Shown here: positions 1-8,671 of the stretch, in pieces | Position numbering within the stretch: the stretch's first letter is position 1 | How the letters are laid out: each line of letters begins with the position of its first letter | DNA from: a virus | Lineage: Duplodnaviria > Caudoviricetes | Strand: one strand, 5' to 3' | Length of the DNA: 27,747 bases | Virus record (IMG/VR): IMGVR_UViG_3300037751_000738 | Coordinates: 1-27,747 of that record | Position numbers and translations under genes: made by a program | The notes under the pieces: generated by a model | Databases searched by the model: none | Told to the model about the DNA's origin: nothing | The model's input: only the letters and a program-made list of their open reading frames with translations

Positions 1-16
1 CCGTCTCTGGGCACCA
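1..16 (+). tRNA. 3' end of a host tRNA, probably tRNA-Leu (truncated by window start)
   Basis: CCGTCTCTGGGCACCA fits T-stem 3' strand, acceptor strand TCTGGGC, discriminator A and CCA; an intrinsic terminator follows. Confidence 0.6.
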
Positions 17-25
17 TAAAGAAAC

Positions 26-62
26 AAGGGGTTACGGCTTTTGCCGCGACCCCTTTTTCTTT
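26..62 (+). terminator. Rho-independent terminator downstream of the tRNA
   Basis: AAGGGGTTACGGC-TTTT-GCCGCGACCCCTT stem followed by a T-rich tract. Confidence 0.75.
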
Positions 63-116
63 GTCGTCCCTGCCACCCTTGCATCCCTCCCTTCGGTCTG
101 CTTTACTTGAAAATAA

Positions 117-167
117 TGTAACGCGCCGCGCCACTTGGCACCGGCTGACGGTTGGTTTGGCATCGAC
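117..167 (-). repeat. Probable prophage right end with two transposase-binding-like repeats
   Basis: TGT at 117 (ACA-3' on the phage strand); CTTGGCACCGGC (134-145) and TTTGGCATCGAC (156-167) match 9/12 at a 22-bp period; lies directly after the last phage gene. Confidence 0.55.
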
Positions 168-1952
168 CTAGTCCTCCTGTCGTCCAATTTCAAACCAAAT
201 TCCGTCGGAACCCTTTTTTAGAATTAGTTTCTTTGTGGTGGCATTGAGTAGATAGGTCGTTGTTGTCCCGGCCGTCAAACGAATGTTGCCCGTACCATCC
301 GCATTATTCACCACACTAAACGATCGAAATGAATATTGAGGCGTCAGTTCTATGACCATCCCGTTTTTGCCACCGGTAATGTTTTTTACGACGTAAGCCC
401 CGTTCGAGCCATTCGCCAAAACAAGCATCTGGTGGAGAAAGTCTTTACCCCCATCAGTAATAGTCAAGAGTCCGGTTGTTGTGTCAGGAAAATTGAACCC
501 TGTCGGGATGGTACTCTCATACCTCCGATCAAAAGAGATCACCGTTCCGCCCCTCGTGGTCGTAATCGAACCAAGACCGTTTCTCCCCTCAAGTATTAAG
601 CCCCTTGATGCCGGTGCGTTTGGCCCAAAACTAGCTTGAGTAGAGTCGGCAGGCGGCGAAAAGGTAATATTGCCGCCGACAGCCTCGACGTTTTTCAACG
701 TAATTGACATATTTTTGTAACAGGTAATGAATTCATTGCTTGATCCGCGGTTGGTGTGAAAATAACCACCCATAATTTGGAGGTGTGCGGATCTATACCA
801 CTCCGTAGTAGATGCTGTATATTCGGTTTCTATGATTTTGTTTATCTGTTCAGCATAACACCCAATCATTGTTATTGGATGAGTCATAGACCTATCACCA
901 GTAATGTAAATAGCGGATGCGTCGGCTAAACTCGCCGAGGCATTAAAACCGCAATTATATAAATCTGCGTGCCCACCATCAAACCAAACGCCTTTCTCCA
1001 GGATAGAATATCCAAATTGACAAAAACTAAAAACAATATTGACATTTTGTGAGCCGGTAGCCACCCCGGCTATTCTTGCCCCCACTACTGTATCAAAAAA
1101 ACAATTTTCAAACTTAACTTCGGAAACGTTGTAGTTATTCGAATAATCAAGACTGCCCAACAAAACACCATAATAGCTTTTATCGAAACGACAATTAACA
1201 AAACTAACAGGGCCATTTGAAGTGTAAACATCTTTAGAAAATTCAAAACTCGCGGTGGCTTGGTTGGTTGTAATATCACTTGAAATAAAAGACAAATTTT
1301 CAATTACAGCTTGCTTGAAATAATCGGTTTTAACTATCGGGCTGAGATTCCCACCATACCAAACCAACCGAGCACCGCTTGATCCCCAGGCAAATCCGCT
1401 CTCCCCGGTGAGCCGGATGCCTCGTTTGTTAATCAGGTTAATTGTTGATGTAATTCGGTATTCACCAGAAGCAAAAAATAGCGCATCCCCATCCTGCATG
1501 GAGTCCACGGCGGCCTGGATGCGAGACGTGTAGTCAATACCGGTATCAGGGATTGCTCCGAAATCAATAACATGCATCATTCGATGGCTGGGGATCACCC
1601 ACGCGCCCGACCCATCTCCACCAGTCGGCACGATGACCGACCCGCCATCATCCGGCTCCACCCCGGTTACAGCCGTGTAATAGCCAACGGCCTTGCCATC
1701 CACCCACCGCCGCACCGGTCCCCCACCACCATCCCCCGCAGCATAGTAGCCGAGCACCTGCACCGCCGACCGTCCCGGCGAACCGGTGATCAGCCGCAGA
1801 TCGGCGATGGTGTCGACTTTGTGGATGATGTTGTTGGCCTGGACGTCCTGGGCGATGATGCGGCCGACGGGGAGGTAACCGGGGGCGGCGGGGGCGAGGG
1901 CGGGGAGGAGGAGGGTTAAAAAGATGAGGGGGTATAACAGGCGTTTAAACAT
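168..1952 (-). CDS. Tailspike / polysaccharide depolymerase-like protein (pectate-lyase-type beta-helix) with signal-peptide-like N-terminus
   Basis: 594 aa; VDTIADLR...VLGYYAAGDGGGG tailspike N-domain; VIDFGAIPDTGIDYTSRIQAAVD...FFASGEYRI beta-helix cap; AAGGAG RBS; follows the fibre genes. Confidence 0.75.
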   Translation of the reverse strand: MFKRLLYPLIFLTLLLPALAPAAPGYLPVGRIIAQDVQANNIIHKVDTIADLRLITGSPGRSAVQVLGYYAAGDGGGGPVRRWVDGKAVGYYTAVTGVEPDDGGSVIVPTGGDGSGAWVIPSHRMMHVIDFGAIPDTGIDYTSRIQAAVDSMQDGDALFFASGEYRITSTINLINKRGIRLTGESGFAWGSSGARLVWYGGNLSPIVKTDYFKQAVIENLSFISSDITTNQATASFEFSKDVYTSNGPVSFVNCRFDKSYYGVLLGSLDYSNNYNVSEVKFENCFFDTVVGARIAGVATGSQNVNIVFSFCQFGYSILEKGVWFDGGHADLYNCGFNASASLADASAIYITGDRSMTHPITMIGCYAEQINKIIETEYTASTTEWYRSAHLQIMGGYFHTNRGSSNEFITCYKNMSITLKNVEAVGGNITFSPPADSTQASFGPNAPASRGLILEGRNGLGSITTTRGGTVISFDRRYESTIPTGFNFPDTTTGLLTITDGGKDFLHQMLVLANGSNGAYVVKNITGGKNGMVIELTPQYSFRSFSVVNNADGTGNIRLTAGTTTTYLLNATTKKLILKKGSDGIWFEIGRQED

Positions 1953-1974
1953 AATTCGAACTCCTTGAAATGGG

Positions 1975-2913
1975 TCAGCGGATGCGGTACCAGGTGAGAT
2001 TACCGTCGGAGATAAACGCCATAACTTCGCCGGGCATGGTGGTGTCGTAGCTGGCCGCCTCGCCTTCGATGTTCTGGGTGGGCTGGGGGAGGCAGAGGAC
2101 GGCGTTGGCGGTGGCGTCGATCTTTTTTATGATCAGGTCGCGGTTGTTCCCGGCGGTGGTGCGGAACTGGATCTCGACGGGGCCTCCCGAGGCGTCGACC
2201 AGGAGGACGGCGTCGAAGGGTTGCACCAGGCAGGGAGAGTCGAGGACCGAGATGGTGCGCACCGAGCCGCCGCCGAGGGGCGGGAGGCGGCCGTCGCTGT
2301 CGTATTGGGCCAGGGCGTCGGCGAGCGGGACGGGGCTGGCGACAAACTCGCCGATGCCGCCGGTGATGCCGCTGGGGCCCTGCAGACCTTGGGTGCCTTC
2401 GGGGCCGGGGATTGTCGACGCTGCGCCCTCGTCGCCCTGGATCCCCTGAGCGCCCTGAATCCCCTGCTCGCCCTGAATCCCCTGAATCCCCTGACTGCCC
2501 TGAGGCCCCGGATCGCCCTGAATCCCCTGCGGGCCGATGGCCTGCAGATCGCTGGCGATCCAGGCCCCGAGGCCGGTGGCGCCTTCTTTGCGATAGATGC
2601 CGCGATTGGCCTCGAGGGCGTCGTTGGTGACCATGGCCAGGGTCGTGTCGGGGGGGATCAGATCGGCGTCCATGGCGGCTTTGGTGGCGTACCCCTTGAG
2701 ACCGGCGGCGACGCCGTAATATTCGAACGCCTGCCAGAGCTGGTCGTAGTCGCCCTTGGCGAGGACGATCCCGGCGCGCTCGATGAGGCGCACCAGGGTT
2801 TCCTGGATGTCGTTGAGCCAGTCGCTGGTGACCGTGGTGGCGCGAACGCCGCCGGCGGGATCGCCGGGGGAGAAGAGGCCGCCGACATTGCCCGGGCCGT
2901 CGATTCTGTGCAT
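1975..2913 (-). CDS. Tail fibre protein 2 (Mu gp49-like N-terminus) with collagen-like Gly-X-Y repeats
   Basis: MHRID...[24 protein letters not shown] baseplate-attachment motif; [18 protein letters not shown]... repeats; GGAG RBS. Confidence 0.75.
   Translation of the reverse strand: MHRIDGPGNVGGLFSPGDPAGGVRATTVTSDWLNDIQETLVRLIERAGIVLAKGDYDQLWQAFEYYGVAAGLKGYATKAAMDADLIPPDTTLAMVTNDALEANRGIYRKEGATGLGAWIASDLQAIGPQGIQGDPGPQGSQGIQGIQGEQGIQGAQGIQGDEGAASTIPGPEGTQGLQGPSGITGGIGEFVASPVPLADALAQYDSDGRLPPLGGGSVRTISVLDSPCLVQPFDAVLLVDASGGPVEIQFRTTAGNNRDLIIKKIDATANAVLCLPQPTQNIEGEAASYDTTMPGEVMAFISDGNLTWYRIR
2366..2540 (-). repeat. Collagen-like Gly-X-Y coding repeats (approximate limits)
   Basis: Recurring 9-bp units such as CCCTGAATC on the + strand encode GIQ/GEQ/GAQ triplets. 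Confidence 0.8.
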
Positions 2914-2924
2914 GGGAGGTCTCC

Positions 2925-3701
2925 TTAGCCGAGGTAGATGCCGGAAAAAATGGTGATGGTGGTCGCGACAGGGACGAACTTGTAGTAGCGGCCTGCGACG
3001 ACGAAGACTGGGATGGAGCCGGTGCCGGGGTGCAGGTTGTGAAAGAAGCCGATCACGCGGGAATTAAGCCCGTCGGCGGCGTCGGCGAGATGGACGGCCA
3101 GATAGAGATAGTTGCCGCCGGTGGAAAAGCAGACGGTGCCAAGCGTCGTTTTTTCGGCGAGGATCCAGACGTTGGCCGCCGGCAGCGGATTGGCAAAAAA
3201 TTCGGTCCGGCCCAACTGCCCCTCCACCCAGCCCTTGTTGGCGGCGTCGGCGTTGGCGACAGGGTTGGCCACGGCGAAGAGCTGGGCGGCATCACCGTTC
3301 TTGGCGGCCTTGGTGGCCAGCTGGTCGACGCGCACGGCCTCGTCGGCGGCAACCCCGGCGGCGATTTTGAATTTCTGCGTCGCAAGACCGGCCAGGGCGG
3401 CGAAGCGGCCGTCGCCCTGATCGCGGGTGACGGCCTCGTCGCCAGCCTGGGCGGCGGCGGCTTTGAAGCGCTGGCCTGCGCTGCCGCCGATGTCGGCGAA
3501 GAGGAGGCGCAGGGCGGCGAGGACCTGGGTTTGCGTCGCCTGCGCCGGGGCGATGCCTGCGGCGGCGAGGATGGCGATGAGCTCTTCCTGGACGTCGTTG
3601 AACCAGGCGGCGCTGACGACGGTGGCCGGGATCGATCCGGAGGGGTCACCCTCGGTAAAGAGCCCTCCGGGGGCGGCGGTGGAGGTGTTGATACGGTACA
3701 T
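2925..3701 (-). CDS. Tail fibre protein 1 (Mu gp49-like N-terminus)
   Basis: Start re-assigned to MYRINT (3701), 2 nt after the gp48 stop; [24 protein letters not shown] motif; three internal F-x-x-A...A-[VA] repeats. Confidence 0.8.
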   Translation of the reverse strand: MYRINTSTAAPGGLFTEGDPSGSIPATVVSAAWFNDVQEELIAILAAAGIAPAQATQTQVLAALRLLFADIGGSAGQRFKAAAAQAGDEAVTRDQGDGRFAALAGLATQKFKIAAGVAADEAVRVDQLATKAAKNGDAAQLFAVANPVANADAANKGWVEGQLGRTEFFANPLPAANVWILAEKTTLGTVCFSTGGNYLYLAVHLADAADGLNSRVIGFFHNLHPGTGSIPVFVVAGRYYKFVPVATTITIFSGIYLG

Positions 3702-3703
3702 AG

Positions 3704-4306
3704 TTAAACTCCCGTCTCGTAGAAAATGAGGGTGTGGCTGGGGCGCATTTTGTTCAGCACGCAGACCAGCAGATTGTAGCCCCAGTCGCGCAGCGGCTCT
3801 CCGGCCGCCGAGCGTCCGGCGCGGAAGGGGCGGGTGGAGAAGTCGAGGCCGTCGGCGCGCACCTCCCAGACGTAGCGCCAGAGGGCGGCGTCGTCGCAGC
3901 TTGTGTCTTCGGCGCAGGATGAGTCGCACTCGAAAGGCCCGAATTCGATGATCTGCACGCCGGTATAGCCGAGGGTTTCGGCCAGGCGGTGATAGAAATG
4001 GGGGCTCTGATCGGAGCGGTTGACCAGGCGGCCGACGACGGCGGCGCGGCGCTCTTCGAGGGTGGCCGGGGTGCCGCGACAGGGGTCGGGGAGGCCGACG
4101 ACGCGCTCCCAGTCGGCGAGCAGCTCGGAGGCGGTGCGGGGGTCGGCCTCGGTCAGCAGATCGGCGGCGCGGCGGTCGACCCGGGCGAACTCCTCGGCCA
4201 GTCCGTGCAGCAGCGCCGTGAGGCCGGTGTCATCCTCGCGGGGCCAAGCCGGGCCCCGGGGGAGGAGCGCCTGCAGATGTCTGAGGTAGTCGACGGCGCT
4301 CATCAT
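3704..4306 (-). CDS. Baseplate wedge protein, Mu gp48 / YmfQ (DUF2313) family
   Basis: LQALLPRGPAWP, EADPRTASELLADWERVVGLPD, RPSHT motifs; position after gp47. Confidence 0.88.
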   Translation of the reverse strand: MMSAVDYLRHLQALLPRGPAWPREDDTGLTALLHGLAEEFARVDRRAADLLTEADPRTASELLADWERVVGLPDPCRGTPATLEERRAAVVGRLVNRSDQSPHFYHRLAETLGYTGVQIIEFGPFECDSSCAEDTSCDDAALWRYVWEVRADGLDFSTRPFRAGRSAAGEPLRDWGYNLLVCVLNKMRPSHTLIFYETGV

Positions 4307-5400
4307 GCCCAGGTCACCACGCCCATGACGGCGATCTCGCCGGTGAGGTGCAGCACGTCGGCCGCAGGAAGAGTGAGGACGTGGTCGGTTTCGCCGCTGG
4401 CGGCGGAGATGGCGGCGTTGAGATGGGTATGGGCGATGCGACCGCCGGGGGCCGCCTCGAGGCGCAGCAGATCGGCGAGCTCGGCCTCGACCTGCGCCCG
4501 CACCTCGGCCGTGTCCGGAGTGACCGACAGGGTGAAATCGAGGGGGACGGCGACGGGGGCAAAAACCGTGACGGCGGCGGTGATCGGACGGCCGACAATC
4601 TCCCCCGAGGCGGGGTCGACGTGGCGCTCGATGTAGTCGGCGACCGTAATCACGTCGGCGGGGAGCGGTATGCCGTCGGCGTAGGTATCGTCCATCATGA
4701 TGGCCACTCCGACGGTGCCGAGGCCGAGATGATTGGCATAGGGCCAGGCCCGGGTCACTCCGGCGACCTCGAGCGCCCAGGCCTCGTAGTCGCTGTCGGC
4801 CCCGCCCATGGGCGGGCGGCGGATGCGGTCGAGGAGCCGGGCGCGCAGATCCTCGTCGAGCTCGACGTCGACGCCTCCGGAGAGCCCGGTAACGGCGGTG
4901 GCCTGCCCGTTGACCCCGGCGAGGGGATTGACCAGGGACAGGGCGCTGCCGGCGGCGGTATTGCCGAGAGATCCATAAAGATCGCCAACAGATTGCAGGA
5001 CTGCTGTGACTGCCACGGTCGCCACCCCGGCGACAATGCCTCCGTCGGCATCAGTGGTGAACTCCGTTCCGTCGGAGCGCTGCAACAGTGTGCCGGCCGG
5101 GATCGTCACGCCGTTTGTTCCGGTGAAGGTAACATTGCCTTTTGCTGCAACGGACGGCTTGCGGGACGGACCCCAGATCGAGGCCCAGCGCTCCAGGTAT
5201 TCGGCATCGGCGGTGTCGGGCATCAGCTGCCGGGCCAGGTCGTCGAGATGGCCGTGGAGACCGTGGGCGGCGCCGCCGAGGGAGCGGCCGAGAATATTGA
5301 GGACGTTGCGGCGCAGCTTGGCATCGGCCCCCTCGAGGCGGCTTTCGATGTCGCCGTTGATCCGGGCGAGGATCTCGGCGAGTGTCGGGCGTTTAAACAT
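4303..5400 (-). CDS. Baseplate J-like protein, Mu gp47
   Basis: FKRPTL, PDTADAEYLERWASIWG, PPMGGADSDYEAWALEVAGVTRAW. Confidence 0.9.
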   Translation of the reverse strand: MFKRPTLAEILARINGDIESRLEGADAKLRRNVLNILGRSLGGAAHGLHGHLDDLARQLMPDTADAEYLERWASIWGPSRKPSVAAKGNVTFTGTNGVTIPAGTLLQRSDGTEFTTDADGGIVAGVATVAVTAVLQSVGDLYGSLGNTAAGSALSLVNPLAGVNGQATAVTGLSGGVDVELDEDLRARLLDRIRRPPMGGADSDYEAWALEVAGVTRAWPYANHLGLGTVGVAIMMDDTYADGIPLPADVITVADYIERHVDPASGEIVGRPITAAVTVFAPVAVPLDFTLSVTPDTAEVRAQVEAELADLLRLEAAPGGRIAHTHLNAAISAASGETDHVLTLPAADVLHLTGEIAVMGVVTWA

Positions 5401-5839
5401 TCAGGGCCTCCCAGAGGTTGTCGTATTTGGCCTCGACGGTCGTGCCGTCGGGGCGGGTGATGCCGATGGAGAGGGCGAGCACCCCCGGCGCGGTCCAAGC
5501 GGCGGCAGCGGTGACGGCCTTGGCAATGCCGTCGGTCACCAGCCAGGAGAGCGCCTGCCGGGCGTAGGTTTCGGCGTCGCGGGCGACGCTGGCCGTCTGC
5601 TTGGAGCGGCCGAGCAGCCAGAGCTTGCTGCCGACGCGGTCGCCTGCGGCCTCGGCGTAGGCGTCGCCCCACCAGCCGCGCCGGTCGACGGTGCCTTCGG
5701 GTATCTCGGCGGCGTCGACGTGGGCATCGGTGAAAAGCGAGACGGCCACGGCGGCGGCGAGGCCGTTGTCCTTGGCGAGGTCGCCGCCTGCTAAAAAGAG
5801 ATCGAAGAAACGGCCGTTAAATGCGAGTTGAACGTCCAT
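5393..5839 (-). CDS. Baseplate protein, Mu gp46 family
   Basis: AVAVSLFTD, RRGWWGD, GSKLWLL, YARQALSWLVTDG. Confidence 0.9.
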   Translation of the reverse strand: MDVQLAFNGRFFDLFLAGGDLAKDNGLAAAVAVSLFTDAHVDAAEIPEGTVDRRGWWGDAYAEAAGDRVGSKLWLLGRSKQTASVARDAETYARQALSWLVTDGIAKAVTAAAAWTAPGVLALSIGITRPDGTTVEAKYDNLWEALNV

Positions 5840-6441
5840 TACAGGGCCTTTGTCACGGTGGTGGCACAGGCGGCCAGTTCGAGGGGCAGGGCCGGGGCGC
5901 CGGTGACGCCCGGGCCCGCGGTGACTCCGGAGTGCGTGTGGGCATCGAAGAGGATCTTGAACCGCTCGTCGATGAGGGCCCGCACCGAAGCCGCGTCGCC
6001 GCCGAGGTTGATCTCGGGCGCGGTCAGGGTGGCGGCCACGGCCACGTCGAGGGCCAGAGTGTCGACGCCGAGGAGGTGCAGCAGCCGGTCGCGCTTGAAG
6101 TGGAGTTGCTGCCCCTGGTCGTCATAGAGCACGACCTCGCCTTCGACCAGTCCGGCGGGGCGGTAGCGGCGGTCGGCGACCTTGACGACGGCGCTGTGCT
6201 CGCTGGATCCGCCGAGGGCCAGCACCAGGGCTTCGGCGCCGGACAGGGGGTAGGAGGTGAGGCCGTAATCCTCCCAGCGCTCGACGTGATCGCGGACCTC
6301 GCCGCTAAAAATCGACAGTTGCAGCTCCTGCATCTTCGGGTCGTCGTAGACCAGCCGGACGACGGCGCGGCGGGCGGCGAGGCGCACCCGGCGGGCGAGG
6401 GGGGCGGTGAGCTTGGCGATGACGCGGGCGATATTGTTCAT
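5839..6441 (-). CDS. Baseplate spike, Mu gp45 (gpQ) family
   Basis: Start MNNIAR overlaps the gp44 stop (ATGA); YGLTSYP, DRRYRP, GEVVLYDDQG and C-terminal HTH metal-binding motif. Confidence 0.88.
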   Translation of the reverse strand: MNNIARVIAKLTAPLARRVRLAARRAVVRLVYDDPKMQELQLSIFSGEVRDHVERWEDYGLTSYPLSGAEALVLALGGSSEHSAVVKVADRRYRPAGLVEGEVVLYDDQGQQLHFKRDRLLHLLGVDTLALDVAVAATLTAPEINLGGDAASVRALIDERFKILFDAHTHSGVTAGPGVTGAPALPLELAACATTVTKAL

Positions 6442-7481
6442 GAGGTAAAGTCCCCGTCGCTTGCGGGTTCGGGTACCGGCAGAAGGGCAAAGGCCTCCGG
6501 GCGGCAGAGCTCGAGCTCGGAGGTGGTCCCCTGCTCGCCGACCTGATAGGTCACCGCGACGATGAGCATCTCGCGGTCGAGGCGCAGGTAGGGGATGCGC
6601 GCCGGGACGAGGCGGTTGGGGAGCCAGAGGCCGTTCGCATGGCTCCACCCCTGGACGGTGGCCACCGGGCGGGCGCTGCGGCCCATGCGCACGGCGGCTT
6701 CCCAGAGGGCCCGCTCACGCAGGGCGGCGCTGTTGCCGGGGCTCTCGGCGATGAGAATCAGCGGCCGGTAGCGATTAACGCCCTTGTCCTGGGCCTCTCC
6801 GGAGGGACTGGCGGCCTGGTCGGCGGTGGTGAAGTCGCTGCCGACATCCGCCCCCCGGCAGAGATAGCGGCTGTAGCGATCGCGCAGGGAAAAGGTGGCC
6901 GAGCCGCGCAGCACGTTTTCGCCCTGGACCAGGGCGGTGGCGATGCGCTCCTTGCCGGCGCGGGTGATGACGAGGCCGCCCCGGCCGTCGGAGACGAGGA
7001 GGACGCCGCGCATGCGCCCCGCCCGCTCAAGGGCCTCGTAGACCGTTTCGCCTTCCTGGAGGGCGGCGGTGGTGAAAGGGGCACCGACGGGCGTTTCGGC
7101 CGTCACAGGAATGCCGAAGGGCTTGCAGAGGGCTGCGGCCACCTGCAGCAGGGTGCGCCCCTGCCACTGTCCGCTGCCGGCGATGGCGCTGCAGTCGACG
7201 AGATCGCCGGTGGCGTCGCGGCCGACGATGACGACGCCGTGCTGGGCCGCATCGAATGAAGGGAGAATGTCGTCGACAAAGCCGGTCAGGACCGTCTGCC
7301 CGGCGACGGCGACCGTGCAGGCGTCGCCGTGGCGGATCGGCCAGGGCTCCATGCGATCGCTCCAGCGCTCGGTGACTTCAAGCTCAAAGGTGCCGGCAAC
7401 CTGTTCGAGGCCGCGGCGGATGGTCGCTTTTTTCCAGCCGCCGTAGATTTTACCGCCGACCGTAAGTGTGATCTCAGCCAT
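6438..7481 (-). CDS. Baseplate hub, Mu gp44 (gpP) family
   Basis: YGGWKKATIRRGLEQVAGTFEL, GRDATGDLVDCSA, GLWLPN motifs. Confidence 0.9.
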   Translation of the reverse strand: MAEITLTVGGKIYGGWKKATIRRGLEQVAGTFELEVTERWSDRMEPWPIRHGDACTVAVAGQTVLTGFVDDILPSFDAAQHGVVIVGRDATGDLVDCSAIAGSGQWQGRTLLQVAAALCKPFGIPVTAETPVGAPFTTAALQEGETVYEALERAGRMRGVLLVSDGRGGLVITRAGKERIATALVQGENVLRGSATFSLRDRYSRYLCRGADVGSDFTTADQAASPSGEAQDKGVNRYRPLILIAESPGNSAALRERALWEAAVRMGRSARPVATVQGWSHANGLWLPNRLVPARIPYLRLDREMLIVAVTYQVGEQGTTSELELCRPEAFALLPVPEPASDGDFTS

Positions 7482-8670
7482 GCGTCAGCACCTCCAAAGC
7501 CCGGCCGCCGGGGACAAAGCCGGGGTGGCGAACGCCGTTTCTGGCGACGATCTCGTCGGCCCGGGCGGGGTCGTCATAGAGCTGCTGGGCGAGCACCAAG
7601 GCGGGGACGGTCTGGGTCGGGGTGTGGACGGTGAGCCGGGCGAGATCGGCGCCGCGGTCGGTGAGGTCGCGCACCAGGGCGCCGCGCAGGGCGACGAGGG
7701 CCTGATAGCTGTCGTCGGCAGCGGTCGCCATTTCGAGGTCGAGCTGGTCGGAGAGCTCGGTGCGCAACGTCGTCGCCTCGTCGGCGGAGTCGAAGTCGAT
7801 TTCGGCGGCGGCCCGGCAGGCCTCGACGATGGCGGCGCGCTGCACCAGGGCCGAGAGCGCCGCCTGATTGGCGACCTGCCGCGCCCGGTTGGGGGTGGTC
7901 TCGGTGACGGTCGGCTCGTTGCGCAGCACGTCCCAGAGCTGGCGGTAGGCGGCCAGGGCCCGCCGGGGACGGTCGGGGAGGAGGGCGAGATCGGCGATCA
8001 GGCCGTAGAGCTCGACGGCGAGATCGGCGGGGGTGCGGATCAGGCTCTCGACGGTGGCCGAGAGGGTCTGCAGCGCGGCGACGTAGGCGGTGACCACCTG
8101 CGGAACCCCGGGGATGGCGCGGCGCAGGGCGTCGAGCTTGGCCAGCGTTTTCTTGAGAAGCCGTTCGGCGTCGCTGCGCAGATACTCGGGGGCGCCGGGG
8201 GCGTCGAAGTCGGCGGCAAACTCGCTGCGCAGGACCTCGGCGGCCAGATCGGCCCGGGTGGCGACGGTGGCGGCGGTGGCGATGACGGCGGTGGGGTAAA
8301 GTGCTTCGCCGCTCTCGACAAACGTGAGGGAAAAACGGGCCATCCCCCCTTCGCGGCTGCTTTCCCGGGGGCCGCGGGACTCGATGAGGGTGACGGTCAT
8401 CTCGCCGAGGTACGGATGCACCAGGCGCCCGGGGCCGGACTGCTCGATGGCGCCGATCAGGGCGTCGCGGCCGGTCATGTAGCCGGCGCCGAGGATAAAG
8501 GCCTCGAGCGTGAACTTGCGGGCCTTGCGCCCCAGATCTTCGGCAAACGGCTTGTCGCGCTGCGGGTACTCGTGCAGCGCCACGCGGCGGCCAAGCTCGG
8601 CGTCGGCGGCGGCGCAGGCAAAGGGGATGCCGCGGAAGGTGGCTTGGCGTAATTGCTCTTTCCAGCTCAT
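7474..8670 (-). CDS. Mu gpN (gp43) DNA circularization / tail protein
   Basis: WKEQLRQATFRGIPF, HEYPQRDKPFAEDLGR, GRLVHPYLG, RNGVRHPGFVP. Confidence 0.92.
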   Translation of the reverse strand: MSWKEQLRQATFRGIPFACAAADAELGRRVALHEYPQRDKPFAEDLGRKARKFTLEAFILGAGYMTGRDALIGAIEQSGPGRLVHPYLGEMTVTLIESRGPRESSREGGMARFSLTFVESGEALYPTAVIATAATVATRADLAAEVLRSEFAADFDAPGAPEYLRSDAERLLKKTLAKLDALRRAIPGVPQVVTAYVAALQTLSATVESLIRTPADLAVELYGLIADLALLPDRPRRALAAYRQLWDVLRNEPTVTETTPNRARQVANQAALSALVQRAAIVEACRAAAEIDFDSADEATTLRTELSDQLDLEMATAADDSYQALVALRGALVRDLTDRGADLARLTVHTPTQTVPALVLAQQLYDDPARADEIVARNGVRHPGFVPGGRALEVLTHG

Positions 8671-8671
8671 A

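Noticed and set aside
1-116. tRNA 3' end as an attachment site used by the tyrosine recombinase at 26044-27021
   Set aside because: The recombinase is IntI-type with its own attI/attC sites, the phage is Mu-like, and a TG end candidate lies at 117; no second copy of the tRNA end is in the window
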